64,000 nucleotides of DNA from a virus (Duplodnaviria; Caudoviricetes), in IMG/VR virus record IMGVR_UViG_3300043422_000086, positions 4,183 through 68,182 of that record, one strand, 5' to 3'. The notes beneath the pieces are model-generated. The model was not told where the DNA came from and did not search any database. It saw only the letters and a list, made by a program, of their open reading frames with translations. The position numbers were made by a program, and so were the translations under genes. Every line of letters starts with the position of its first letter. Position 1 is the first letter of the stretch. Shown here piece by piece: positions 1 to 9,318 of this stretch.

Positions 1-418
1 TACCTTGTGAAGACAATGGATATGCAGAACCTGATATGTATGTATATCCAAATGTTGTTCCAACTGGAACTTCAAATGTTGTATGATAATTGTTAGAAGC
101 TAACCAAGCTAATGCATTTGTTGTATTAACAAAAGATTGACCAGCTAATTGCGCAACTAAATCTATAAAAGATTGATCTGTTAAATTTGCAGATCTTACG
201 AAGTTTAAAGTTGAATATGTACCATCTGGTGTAATTCTGCTTGCTCCTTCAAAGCTTATGATATGTCCAGTTTCTTCTGGACCGTTATACCACTTTAAAC
301 CAGTTGATGCAAAATCAAATGTATTTATATTACTTGGTACTACTGCTGAAATATTTCCAGTTTTATTAGTTCCGGAAATTTCTGAACCAGTATGTTTTGC
401 GAAAGGTCTTGTTGCCAT
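1..418 (-). CDS. Partial (runs off the window edge) putative virion structural protein, MATRPFAKHTGSEISG...WYNGPEETG...
   Basis: Manual translation from ATG at 418 is open to the window start; late-type ATATATAA box at 441-450. Confidence 0.7.
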   Translation of the reverse strand, partial: MATRPFAKHTGSEISGTNKTGNISAVVPSNINTFDFASTGLKWYNGPEETGHIISFEGASRITPDGTYSTLNFVRSANLTDQSFIDLVAQLAGQSFVNTTNALAWLASNNYHTTFEVPVGTTFGYTYISGSAYPLSSQG

Positions 419-462
419 TTTATTTAAGTATTTTTATATGTTATATATTTGCTAGTAAGCTA

Positions 463-705
463 TTATTCTTCTGTGATTTCTAATTTATCTCTGTCTTTTT
501 TCTTTAATCTATTTCGTAAAAAGAAATACAAGCCAAAGAATACAGCTGATAGGCAATAAAAAATTAAATCCGTAACCCAAAAAGATCCCGTCCACTTCAT
601 TACTAAAGCGAATGCTGCGTCGAATCCAAGAGGATTGAAGAAGGTTGCTATGATCAAACAGATCGAGGCTAGATTCTTGTGTAGTGTTATTTTCCAAGTT
701 GTCAT
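463..705 (-). CDS. Small membrane protein (2 TM)
   Basis: Hydrophobic ORF with basic tail, collinear with neighbours. Confidence 0.6.
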   Translation of the reverse strand: MTTWKITLHKNLASICLIIATFFNPLGFDAAFALVMKWTGSFWVTDLIFYCLSAVFFGLYFFLRNRLKKKDRDKLEITEE

Positions 706-741
706 GTTTTAAACTATCGGGGTCCATATTATATGTTATTT

Positions 742-1362
742 TTAAAACTTAGGAATTCCACCAATCTGAATTGCTCGTTTTCTCCAAACTGCAATAACAG
801 ATTCTTTTCTTTCTTCATCAATTTCTTCAGAATCTAAGTATTGTTCAATTGTATTTATCAATGGTTCTTTCTTTTTTCTAGACTTTAAAGCCAATCCTTG
901 TAAATTAGCGTCAATTTCTTTAGGTAATAAAAGATATAAGTAAGCTTCTAAGATGCCTTGATTTATTAAATTTCTTTCAAGACTATCATCTTCAAGCCAT
1001 TTACCGTGTTTTTCATTCCAACCATTTTGTGTTAGATGCTCCATTTCATGACGCATAACATCTATTAAATCAAAATATATTTCAGACCATTTGTTTGGTA
1101 AATCAATCGGATCAATCGTAAAATCAATCCATATTTTACCACAAATATCTTTATCGCCTTCGTCTGAAAAACCTTGAATATGATAACTAACTCCTTTTTT
1201 AAATCTAAGTTTGGCGGTTAATTCAAACTCTAAAAAGTCAAATTCAAATTCTCTTTCAAGTGTTGATGTTTTACGTTGTTTTAAAAAAGAATAGATCCAT
1301 CGCTTCATTATCTGTTTTACACAAATAGAAACGATGGATCTGTATTTTAAATTAGAGTTCAA
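742..1362 (-). CDS. Hypothetical protein with HExxH zincin-like motif
   Basis: RHEMEH plus downstream EIDA; TTG start. Confidence 0.6.
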   Translation of the reverse strand: MNSNLKYRSIVSICVKQIMKRWIYSFLKQRKTSTLEREFEFDFLEFELTAKLRFKKGVSYHIQGFSDEGDKDICGKIWIDFTIDPIDLPNKWSEIYFDLIDVMRHEMEHLTQNGWNEKHGKWLEDDSLERNLINQGILEAYLYLLLPKEIDANLQGLALKSRKKKEPLINTIEQYLDSEEIDEERKESVIAVWRKRAIQIGGIPKF

Positions 1363-1368
1363 CGACTC

Positions 1369-4300
1369 TTATTTGTTTTTTAAGATTTCAATTTCAGCCT
1401 TTAATTCTTGTATAGCTTGAACCAAATAAACTGAAAGTCTAGCATAATCAACTGTTAAATATTCAGTATCATCACCAACACCATTCATTTTTAAGATTTC
1501 ACTTTTGTGAATTAAATGTGGGAATTGAGCTTGTATATCTTGAGCTATAAAACCAACATCATGACCTCTACCCATTTCTTTAATCCAATCAAATTCTACA
1601 GGCGTGATGTTCATTATTTTATCAAGCGCATAACCATCAATTGGTGTTACATTTTCTTTTAGTCTATTATCAGATGTTATACTTGAGAAACCGATAATAT
1701 TTCCAGAAGCTTCGAATGCACCGTTAGTATTCCAAGCAAATTGTGTACCAATAAATCTTTTAACAGATATTGGAGTTAAACCAACTGTAGGCGAACCTAA
1801 TTGAACTGTAGTTCCAGACACAAATCCACCTTCATTATATCCAGTCAATCCACTAGCTCCTTGAGCTCCTGTAGCACCTTGAGCTCCTGTAGCACCTTGA
1901 GCTCCTGTAGCGCCTTGAGCTCCTGTAGCGCCTTGAGCACCTGTAGCACCTTGAGCTCCTGTTGCACCTTGAGCGCCTTGAACAGAAACACCTGAAGTTC
2001 CGCTAGCGCCTTGAGCGCCTGTAGCACCTTGCGCTCCCGTTGCACCTTGTGCTCCTTGAAGTCCAGAAGTTCCAGCTGCACCTTGAGCACCATTTACACC
2101 TGATATACCTGAAGTTCCTGAAGTACCGTTAACGCCTTGAGCGCCTGTAGCACCTTGTGCTCCATTCACACCGGAAGTTCCACTGGCACCCTGTGCTCCT
2201 GTAGCACCTTGAGCACCTTGAGCACCATTTACACCAGAAGTTCCAGCAGCACCTTGAGCACCTGTAGCACCTTGAGCACCTGTGGCACCTTGTGCTCCAT
2301 TAATACCAGAAGTTCCACTAGCTCCTTGAGCTCCTTGTGCTCCATTAACACCGGATATACCAGAAGTTCCGTTAGCTCCTTGCGCTCCATTAACACCAGA
2401 AGATCCAGAAGTTCCACTTGTTCCTGAAGAACCATTAGTTCCTGAAGTTCCAGCTGTTCCGCTTGAACCAGATGTTCCAGCCGTTCCGCTTGAACCAGAT
2501 GAACCAGAAGTTCCTGCGCTACCAGAAGTTCCACTAGAACCTGAAGCGCCCTGTGCTCCATTTATACCGGATATACCAGAAGTTCCTGAAGATCCAGATG
2601 TTCCACTTGAACCAGAAGTTCCAGCACTACCAGAAGTTCCACTTGAACCAGAAGTTCCAGATGTTCCACTTGAACCAGAAGTTCCTGAAGATCCAGACGT
2701 TCCACTTGAACCGTTAACACCTTGAGCTCCTTGAGGACCCATTGGTCCTTCGGTTGCACCTAAAGATGAAATGATATGTGAATAGTTTGAAATACCTTCA
2801 GTATAAAATTTAATAGTTCTATTTTGATTATCGTCATTAGTAGCATAAATTTGAACTAATACTTTATCAGTCGGATCCACATAATGTTGTTCTAAAAATA
2901 AATCTTGATACACATCAACTGGTATTGTATTGCTAGTGTCCCATCCAATTAAGTCAGGTGTTGTTGTACCCCACACTGCAATTGGAGTTCCACTTGCATT
3001 TGTACGAGTTACTTTAACATATATTTGAATGTTATCTGAATCTACATTTTTAGTAAAGTGCATTTTAAATTGCTGAATACCCGGAGGTACTACAGCAACA
3101 CCTAAACCAGACGGTGTAATATATTGAGTAATTAATACATTAGATTGTAATGGTGTTAAAGAAGATGTTACTACGTTTTGTACACTAGATACAGGAATTG
3201 GTGAAATTTCATTAATATCATTAGCTCCGCCGCCATTATTAACAACAATAACAGATTCATTCATATAAAATATTTGACCTACACTAGATCCAGCTTCTCC
3301 TGTTGCTCCTTGTGCTCCATTAACACCAGAAGTTCCAGATGATCCAGAAGAACCAGAAGAACCAGAAGTTCCATCTTGACCTGCAGCACCTTGTGCTCCA
3401 TTAATACCAGAGATTCCTGATGTTCCACTTAAACCTGAAGAACCAGAAGTTCCATTTAAACCATCAACGCCTGAGCTTCCGCTTGAACCAGAAGTTCCAG
3501 CACTACCAGATGTTCCACTAGAACCAGAAGTTCCGGCTGTTCCACTAGAACCTGAAGATCCAGAAGTTCCATCTTGACCTGCAGCACCTTGTGCTCCATT
3601 AATACCAGATATTCCTGATGTTCCACTTGTTCCTGCTATTCCGCTTGAACCAGAAGTTCCTGATGTTCCACTTGAACCGTTTGTTCCTGCAGTTCCACTT
3701 GAACCAGAAGTTCCAGCAGTCCCGCTTGAACCTGAAGTTCCTGAAGTTCCAGCTGCACCTTGTGCTCCATTTATACCAGATATTCCTGATGTTCCTGAAG
3801 TTCCAGCTACACCTTGTGCTCCATCAATACCAGAAGTTCCAGCTACACCTTGCGCTCCATCAATACCAGAAGTTCCAGCTGCACCTTGTGCTCCATTGAT
3901 TCCACTTGTTCCATCTTGACCTGCTGCACCTTGCGCTCCATCTGCACCGATAATCCCGCTAATACCACTAGAACCTGAAGTTCCATCTGTACCAGACGTT
4001 CCATTGGTTAAACCAGAAGAACCGCTTGTTCCTGTCGTTCCACTTGTTCCAGCTGCACCTTGTGCGCCTTGTAAACCAGGAGAACCAACAGCACCTTGTG
4101 CTCCTCTAGCACCTGATGTTCCACTTGTTCCAGAAAGACCAATACTACCTTGAGCACCTTGGGGTCCAGCTATACCTTGAGCACCTGTTGCACCTACTGC
4201 ACCTTGTGCTCCTTGAGCACCTCCACCGCCGCCACCGCCAGTAGCTTCACTTAAATCCCAATAGTATTCAGTACCATTTACAGTTTGACGACTACTTAAA

Positions 4301-4524
4301 ACAGGTGTTTTACCTAAATCAATATTAGGATCGATGATACCTTGATCTCCGTGACCTAGAATTTCATAATTTTTAATAATCTCACCGGTTAAGGCTAAAT
4401 TATAATTCATTTCTTCATGAGTCAATGCTCTACCTAATAATTCCTTAGATAATTGAATATATGAACCATTAGCACCTCTGTGCAATCCATGTGGGAATGT
4501 ATATTCGCTAATTTTTTTAGACAT
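1369..4524 (-). CDS. Collagen-like (G-X-Y: GTS/GSS/GAQ) tail fibre with C-terminal peptidase S74 intramolecular chaperone
   Basis: Long GXY repeats in two blocks around a globular insert; C-terminal SDNRLKENV...GFIAQD...VDYARL...AIQEL. Confidence 0.85.
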   Translation of the reverse strand: MSKKISEYTFPHGLHRGANGSYIQLSKELLGRALTHEEMNYNLALTGEIIKNYEILGHGDQGIIDPNIDLGKTPVLSSRQTVNGTEYYWDLSEATGGGGGGGAQGAQGAVGATGAQGIAGPQGAQGSIGLSGTSGTSGARGAQGAVGSPGLQGAQGAAGTSGTTGTSGSSGLTNGTSGTDGTSGSSGISGIIGADGAQGAAGQDGTSGINGAQGAAGTSGIDGAQGVAGTSGIDGAQGVAGTSGTSGISGINGAQGAAGTSGTSGSSGTAGTSGSSGTAGTNGSSGTSGTSGSSGIAGTSGTSGISGINGAQGAAGQDGTSGSSGSSGTAGTSGSSGTSGSAGTSGSSGSSGVDGLNGTSGSSGLSGTSGISGINGAQGAAGQDGTSGSSGSSGSSGTSGVNGAQGATGEAGSSVGQIFYMNESVIVVNNGGGANDINEISPIPVSSVQNVVTSSLTPLQSNVLITQYITPSGLGVAVVPPGIQQFKMHFTKNVDSDNIQIYVKVTRTNASGTPIAVWGTTTPDLIGWDTSNTIPVDVYQDLFLEQHYVDPTDKVLVQIYATNDDNQNRTIKFYTEGISNYSHIISSLGATEGPMGPQGAQGVNGSSGTSGSSGTSGSSGTSGTSGSSGTSGSAGTSGSSGTSGSSGTSGISGINGAQGASGSSGTSGSAGTSGSSGSSGTAGTSGSSGTAGTSGTNGSSGTSGTSGSSGVNGAQGANGTSGISGVNGAQGAQGASGTSGINGAQGATGAQGATGAQGAAGTSGVNGAQGAQGATGAQGASGTSGVNGAQGATGAQGVNGTSGTSGISGVNGAQGAAGTSGLQGAQGATGAQGATGAQGASGTSGVSVQGAQGATGAQGATGAQGATGAQGATGAQGATGAQGATGAQGASGLTGYNEGGFVSGTTVQLGSPTVGLTPISVKRFIGTQFAWNTNGAFEASGNIIGFSSITSDNRLKENVTPIDGYALDKIMNITPVEFDWIKEMGRGHDVGFIAQDIQAQFPHLIHKSEILKMNGVGDDTEYLTVDYARLSVYLVQAIQELKAEIEILKNK

Positions 4525-4551
4525 TTTATATGTTACTGTTTTTTATATTTA

Positions 4552-5139
4552 TTATAAATTATCGAACAAATCTATCAACGCATCTTTTGCATTTTTAGTA
4601 TGTGTTGAACCGTTCTTACTATACGTTACGTTATTAGTTCCAAAAAGACCTTGAATATAACCACAATCAATGTATTGCATAGTCAAATTACCGTTTATAT
4701 CTTCTTCAACTTGAATATAAACGTCTGTATATAATTTATCCCAAATATTTACCAATTCATTGTATTTTGGTAAATACATTTGATTTAAAGTATCTAAGAT
4801 AGCTTGTATTTCATTAGGATATTTCTCACTATTAGACGATTTGTATCTTTTAAGAGTATCGTCAAATGAAATTATAAAATTAGAACCATTTATATCTGTA
4901 ACAATACTCGATATTTGATATAATTTCATGTTTGAACATTCTGCTGCATTTTTAAATTGAGCAGGTGTTAAACCAGACAAAGACACCGAGCTTAAATTAA
5001 CACCAATACTTGAATTCTTATTAGAAAATTCTTTGTAAATTAATCTAGCATCAACTACTTTAATAATACCAGACGAATTGTTTGGAATATTATTAACTGC
5101 TTCACGAGCATAGATCAAAGATATTTTATCACTTACCAT
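4552..5139 (-). CDS. Hypothetical protein
   Basis: ORF track, operon context. Confidence 0.6.
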   Translation of the reverse strand: MVSDKISLIYAREAVNNIPNNSSGIIKVVDARLIYKEFSNKNSSIGVNLSSVSLSGLTPAQFKNAAECSNMKLYQISSIVTDINGSNFIISFDDTLKRYKSSNSEKYPNEIQAILDTLNQMYLPKYNELVNIWDKLYTDVYIQVEEDINGNLTMQYIDCGYIQGLFGTNNVTYSKNGSTHTKNAKDALIDLFDNL

Positions 5140-5533
5140 TGTTTAAAAAGTTTGTTACGATATATGTGACAAGACCACCTAAACCTGTTAAAAGAGCCCA
5201 AAAAACTTTAGTAATTGCAGTTTTCCATTTAACCAAATCATTATGCTCTTCGATGATTTTATCCATTTTGGTTTCTAATTCTTCTTGAGATTCTCTGAAT
5301 TCAGTATTTTTCTTAGTTTCAACTACAATACCATCGTATGGATTAAGCAATTTCTGCTTTAGATCTGAAATACTAGCTTTCATTTCATTTTGATTTTCCA
5401 TTAATTGCTTAATGGCACCTTCAATTTGGATATAAGATGGATCCTCCATTTTACGACGAAATGATTCAAAAGCTTTGTATAAGCCTTCAATTAATTCTTT
5501 AGGAGTTTGGTCTGGGTTCTGATTTTCAAACAT
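5129..5533 (-). CDS. Coiled-coil protein with C-terminal TM helix (holin/XhlA-like topology possible)
   Basis: Heptad-rich body, C-terminal VFWALLTGLGGLVTYIV. Confidence 0.55.
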   Translation of the reverse strand: MFENQNPDQTPKELIEGLYKAFESFRRKMEDPSYIQIEGAIKQLMENQNEMKASISDLKQKLLNPYDGIVVETKKNTEFRESQEELETKMDKIIEEHNDLVKWKTAITKVFWALLTGLGGLVTYIVTNFLNNGK

Positions 5534-5542
5534 AAATAAAAA

Positions 5543-5582
5543 CGGTCTTTTTAGTCATATTATATATCGACTAAAAAGACCG
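5543..5582 (-). terminator. 14-bp perfect inverted repeat, likely intrinsic terminator
   Basis: cggtctttttagtc-N12-gactaaaaagaccg followed by T-run on minus strand. Confidence 0.6.
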
Positions 5583-5603
5583 CTTAATTATGTAAGTGTA
5601 AAT

Positions 5604-5936
5604 TTATTTATCTTGTCCTTCGGTAGAGTGACCGTAGTGTGCTAAGTATTCAGCTGGCGACATGCCATGTAAAGCAGCTTGTGCTAATAAAATATCTGGA
5701 TATGCTCCGTTTGGTTGTACACCAGTTGCAGTTTGTGACCAAGTTCCGTATTGCAAAACAGGATCTTGTTGTGTAAGTGGTATAATGCTTCCTTCAGACT
5801 CAGCGCCTGTACTTGTAGTTGGTACTTTACCAGCGCCTTGTACAGTTCCTACAACAATATTTGCCGCGGCAGATGGATTGAAAGTAGTTTGATACTCAGC
5901 TATAAAGTCTTCTAAGTTTTTAACGTGTGTTTTCAT
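5604..5936 (-). CDS. Putative internal head protein with CTS-like leader (MKTHVKNLEDFIAE)
   Basis: Leader ends FIAE like T4 IPIII CTS; late box at 5940-5948. Confidence 0.65.
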   Translation of the reverse strand: MKTHVKNLEDFIAEYQTTFNPSAAANIVVGTVQGAGKVPTTSTGAESEGSIIPLTQQDPVLQYGTWSQTATGVQPNGAYPDILLAQAALHGMSPAEYLAHYGHSTEGQDK

Positions 5937-5939
5937 ACT

Positions 5940-5948
5940 TTATATATC
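5940..5948 (-). promoter_or_regulatory. Late-type box (class L) GATATATAA
   Basis: Just upstream of CTS-leader gene. Confidence 0.55.
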
Positions 5949-5951
5949 TGA

Positions 5952-6500
5952 TTAAAGTCCTTTAAATTCTGGAAAACTTTTAGTACTTTGATTGTCTCTT
6001 TCAGTATAAATCTTATAAGCTTTCTTTTTATCAGAAGCACTTAATTTATCATATAAAGCTACAATGTTTTTCTCACTAGCAACACCTGTTTTCCAAACAT
6101 CATGTGAGTCAGAATAGTTATAATAAGTGTCGTGTGATTTCCAAGCCAATTCCCATTGTTCTAATGGACTCAAAGACTTTTTAATTAATTCAGTTCTAAT
6201 TTCCTGTTGAGATTTCTTTTTCTTGTTTAAATACAATTCCCAGTTACCTCTCATCGAACCTATTTTAAAAGCATGTAAAATATCTCCAGTTGATAATTTA
6301 ATTTCAAACTTAATACCTTTGGCATCATCAGATTGGTCTGCAATGGACTTAATCCATTTATCATCAAATGTCGGTGTAGCGTGTTTAATTGTAACTTTTA
6401 CATCATCTACAAGATCTTCTGGTGAACCCCAATTACCTTTCTTTTGATAATCATTATATGTTTGATAAGCTTCAAACGTCATTACTATTTTATTGCTCAT
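5952..6500 (-). CDS. Hypothetical protein
   Basis: ORF directly downstream of early-type promoter repeat. Confidence 0.65.
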   Translation of the reverse strand: MSNKIVMTFEAYQTYNDYQKKGNWGSPEDLVDDVKVTIKHATPTFDDKWIKSIADQSDDAKGIKFEIKLSTGDILHAFKIGSMRGNWELYLNKKKKSQQEIRTELIKKSLSPLEQWELAWKSHDTYYNYSDSHDVWKTGVASEKNIVALYDKLSASDKKKAYKIYTERDNQSTKSFPEFKGL

Positions 6501-6509
6501 AAGTCTTTG

Positions 6510-6564
6510 TTTTAATTATAGTGTAAATATACTAAAAAAAGCCCAAACTAAAAAATTTGGGCTT
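6510..6564 (-). promoter_or_regulatory. Early-type promoter repeat (class E) with stem-loop
   Basis: aagcccaaa..tttgggctt-T6-TATATTTAC-N-TAATTAAAA. Confidence 0.7.
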
Positions 6565-6572
6565 AATTATTT

Positions 6573-7118
6573 TTATCCTAAATATAATTCTTCGAAGTGT
6601 AAAAGATCTAGCCTCTTATCGATGTCGATTAATTGTAAAGCATTTAATAAATCTGAGTATTCTGCTACAGATTCTGTTTGAATGCCTCTGAATTCTTGTA
6701 AGAAATCAAACGTAGCTAAGTCACTTGTAAATAAAACTTGAGAATCAGCTATGTATTTTTTATATAAATCCAATTCTAATTCATAAGCTCTTTCTATGAT
6801 TTCTGGTAAATTACCAAAGTCAACGTGTGTTTCAACTTTAGGAATAACTGGTAAAACATTCCAGTCTACAAGATATTTTTGTAATTTTTGAGCGTGTGCT
6901 AATTCATTAGCAGTTTCAGTTGTGAAAAAAGCAGCAGCTTTTAAATAACCAGCACCTGCACACCAATTGGCTGCAGAATTATAAAAATAATGAGCAGTAT
7001 ACTCATCACCAATTCTTTGTGTTAACAATTTAACTGATTCTCCAAATAAAACTACAGGCTGTCTTAAACCGTTGTTTAAATTTGGCGCAGCTGCATTTTC
7101 ATTAATTGATCTAATCAT
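6573..7118 (-). CDS. ftn: Ferritin (non-haem) family protein
   Basis: IGDEYTAHYFY...ELAHAQKL...AYELE...FLQEF...Q.E ferroxidase-type pattern. Confidence 0.85.
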   Translation of the reverse strand: MIRSINENAAAPNLNNGLRQPVVLFGESVKLLTQRIGDEYTAHYFYNSAANWCAGAGYLKAAAFFTTETANELAHAQKLQKYLVDWNVLPVIPKVETHVDFGNLPEIIERAYELELDLYKKYIADSQVLFTSDLATFDFLQEFRGIQTESVAEYSDLLNALQLIDIDKRLDLLHFEELYLG

Positions 7119-7129
7119 GATATTTTAGT

Positions 7130-7882
7130 TTATTTTAAATTTTTAATAACAGCATCGTCTGCTTTAATTTCACCCATTGGTATTTGTAAATTTTTAACCA
7201 ACATTTGTACGAAATCAACAGCTGCATCTTTTTCTTTAAATGAGAATACATCAGTTGATGGTCTTTTACCATATTTAATAAACATGTCATTGAAAAGTGC
7301 AATAGCATCTTTAGCGTGTCTATTGCTTACTGTAACATCAAAAGCCTCATTAACTAATGATTCTTTAACACCTACTTCTTTTAAAGATTTAACTTGTTTA
7401 CCTTTTTGTTCACCATTACCTGAAGCAAACCATAATAAACCGTCTTTGATTAATCTTTTATAAAGTTCAGCTTTAATAATTTCAAAATTGATAGTATCTG
7501 ATGAATTCTCCCAAGTTTCTTCTACGTAGTCTGGATCAATCCAACCAAATCCTGATTTAATGTTTTTAACCATTTCTTTGTAATCAGTTTCAAATTGTTT
7601 TACAGCAGCTTCATTAACTACAGATTCATAAGCAGTACCTTCAACATCTCCAGCTTTGTCAAATTTCTTAACAGATGAGCTAATACGTTGTAAATTTTTA
7701 ATGATACGATCAATTTCTTTTGGTGAAACATCATCACCTGCAGCCGCTCCACTATATAAAGATTGTATCGATTGGTTTACGACATATAATTCATTTCTAA
7801 TTATATCTTTAGGTAATCTGTAAAATGATTCTTGTATAGATTCTTCACCATTGAATTCTTCGAATAGTTTAATTTTCTTCAT
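7130..7882 (-). CDS. CTS-leader protein, multi-module with internal (V/L)xE sites
   Basis: MKKIKLFEEF leader; internal VVNE/AA and LVNE/AF. Confidence 0.7.
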   Translation of the reverse strand: MKKIKLFEEFNGEESIQESFYRLPKDIIRNELYVVNQSIQSLYSGAAAGDDVSPKEIDRIIKNLQRISSSVKKFDKAGDVEGTAYESVVNEAAVKQFETDYKEMVKNIKSGFGWIDPDYVEETWENSSDTINFEIIKAELYKRLIKDGLLWFASGNGEQKGKQVKSLKEVGVKESLVNEAFDVTVSNRHAKDAIALFNDMFIKYGKRPSTDVFSFKEKDAAVDFVQMLVKNLQIPMGEIKADDAVIKNLK

Positions 7883-7922
7883 GTTTTAGTAAATCTTTTT
7901 CTTTTATTTAAATAAATATAAA

Positions 7923-7931
7923 CTATATATC
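7923..7931 (-). promoter_or_regulatory. Late-type box (class L)
   Basis: GATATATAG upstream of 7882. Confidence 0.5.
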
Positions 7932-7933
7932 TC

Positions 7934-8503
7934 TTATTTGAATTGTTCTTTTAATTTGTACTTTTCGATAGTTGCTTTCAAAACTCGAATATAATTAGGA
8001 TCTTCAGCGTAACTAGCTGATAAATACTCAAAATATTCTTGTTCAGACTTGATAGAACTTAAATATCTTGACTGATAAAATGCATAATCATACACAGATT
8101 CTTTCCATGATTCATAAAATGCATGATTATTTTGAGTTCCATCCGCAGTCGTAACTCTTTGCTTAGCTTCTTTCATACCAAACAAATTATTATTCTCAAC
8201 AAAGATGTTTGATTTCCAGTGACCTGTCTCAACAATCGATTGAGCCATTGGAATCCAAGCAAATTTAATGTTCAATCCTTTCATCATAGTCACTAATTTT
8301 TGACTACTAAAGCTATCTGATTTTTTAATCAAGACTACTTTTTCATATTCTGTCAAGCCATTAATAGCTTTATCAATACCTAATCGGTAACTGTAAAATG
8401 AGGTTAAACTTATGGCTAAAGCGCCTAAAGCACCAGCTTTAATATATGATTTTAATTTTAAAGACTTGAAAACTAATTGATTTTTATCGTACTTATATAA
8501 CAT
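7934..8503 (-). CDS. Glucosaminidase (GH73-like) peptidoglycan hydrolase with N-terminal membrane anchor
   Basis: AQSIVETGHW...NNNLFGMK...YAEDPNY motifs. Confidence 0.8.
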   Translation of the reverse strand: MLYKYDKNQLVFKSLKLKSYIKAGALGALAISLTSFYSYRLGIDKAINGLTEYEKVVLIKKSDSFSSQKLVTMMKGLNIKFAWIPMAQSIVETGHWKSNIFVENNNLFGMKEAKQRVTTADGTQNNHAFYESWKESVYDYAFYQSRYLSSIKSEQEYFEYLSASYAEDPNYIRVLKATIEKYKLKEQFK

Positions 8504-8523
8504 AATTTAAGATTTCGTTAAAC

Positions 8524-8715
8524 TTATTTTATCATTTGCTGTGCAAATCTGGCTTCTTGTAGCCTTTTGATAAATTCTTTTTTCTCAGATGTATCTTCAG
8601 TCCATAGAGAAGATACTTTGAATTTTTTAGCCCACTTATTAAACTCTTTGGATTCTTGTGGTTGCTTTGCTTTTTTAATTAGACTCTTTTCCATTTTCTT
8701 CTGATTTAGATTCAA
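8524..8715 (-). CDS. Small basic hypothetical protein (start may be MEKS)
   Basis: ORF track. Confidence 0.5.
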   Translation of the reverse strand: MNLNQKKMEKSLIKKAKQPQESKEFNKWAKKFKVSSLWTEDTSEKKEFIKRLQEARFAQQMIK

Positions 8716-8863
8716 TTAATACATATCTGATTCCAGACTCGGTTACTTTTAAAGTAGCATCTTTTGAATTTATTATATCCAAGTGTTGTTTATGTGCAGT
8801 TGGATTTTCTTCTGATTTTTGAGCCATTGCCATTAAGGTTTGCTCCATGTAAATTTGTTTCAT
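8675..8863 (-). CDS. Small hypothetical protein
   Basis: ORF track, tightly packed. Confidence 0.5.
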   Translation of the reverse strand: MKQIYMEQTLMAMAQKSEENPTAHKQHLDIINSKDATLKVTESGIRYVLIESKSEENGKESN

Positions 8864-8864
8864 A

Positions 8865-9212
8865 TTAACAGTATTCTAAAGATTCTTCACCAATCATGTT
8901 CCACAATTCTAAATCATAACGACTATTTTTCTTGCAAGCTGCGCTACAAGCTCTTTTAAGTACTTCGTAAGTTTCGCTTTTAATTTCAGTAAAACCAAAA
9001 CCAGCAACCATAAAATATCTGCGATCATAGTTAATTACATCACCAACAGAAACTGAAGGTGCATTCTGCGGTTGAAACATATTCTGACCGTAGTGAAATA
9101 CTAAGTCTAATACGCTAAACACATCGCCTGTAATTTCTGAAGTAGGAACTTCTACGTTACGATATTGGCCATCGTTAAATCTGAATTGTTGAACTTGGAT
9201 GATTGTATTCAT
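8865..9212 (-). CDS. YodL-like domain protein
   Basis: PSVSVGDVI...YFMVAGFGF motif; early promoter upstream. Confidence 0.55.
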   Translation of the reverse strand: MNTIIQVQQFRFNDGQYRNVEVPTSEITGDVFSVLDLVFHYGQNMFQPQNAPSVSVGDVINYDRRYFMVAGFGFTEIKSETYEVLKRACSAACKKNSRYDLELWNMIGEESLEYC

Positions 9213-9222
9213 TTTGTTTATC

Positions 9223-9278
9223 TTTTAATTACATAGTAAATATACCACTAATTATTCAAATAAAAAAATTATTTAGCG
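9223..9278 (-). promoter_or_regulatory. Early-type promoter (class E)
   Basis: TATATTTAC..TAATTAAAA. Confidence 0.65.
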
Positions 9279-9318
9279 TTTATTTTTTAATTATTTTTCA
9301 ATTGGTTGATAACCAAGA

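Noticed and set aside
509-727. Alternative-frame ORF overlapping 463-705
   Set aside because: The 463-705 frame gives a more coherent two-TM protein; cannot be fully excluded
1801-3899. Several short overlapping ORFs in alternative frames
   Set aside because: Shadows of the collagen-like repeat in 1369-4524
1845-4230. Tandem repeats as a possible CRISPR array
   Set aside because: Repeats are 9-nt codon-level units inside a CDS; there are no constant repeats with unique spacers and no cas genes
5952-6500. Member of the CTS-leader family (MSNKIVMTFEAYQ)
   Set aside because: Only partial resemblance, no terminal xNE, and it follows an early-type promoter; not counted
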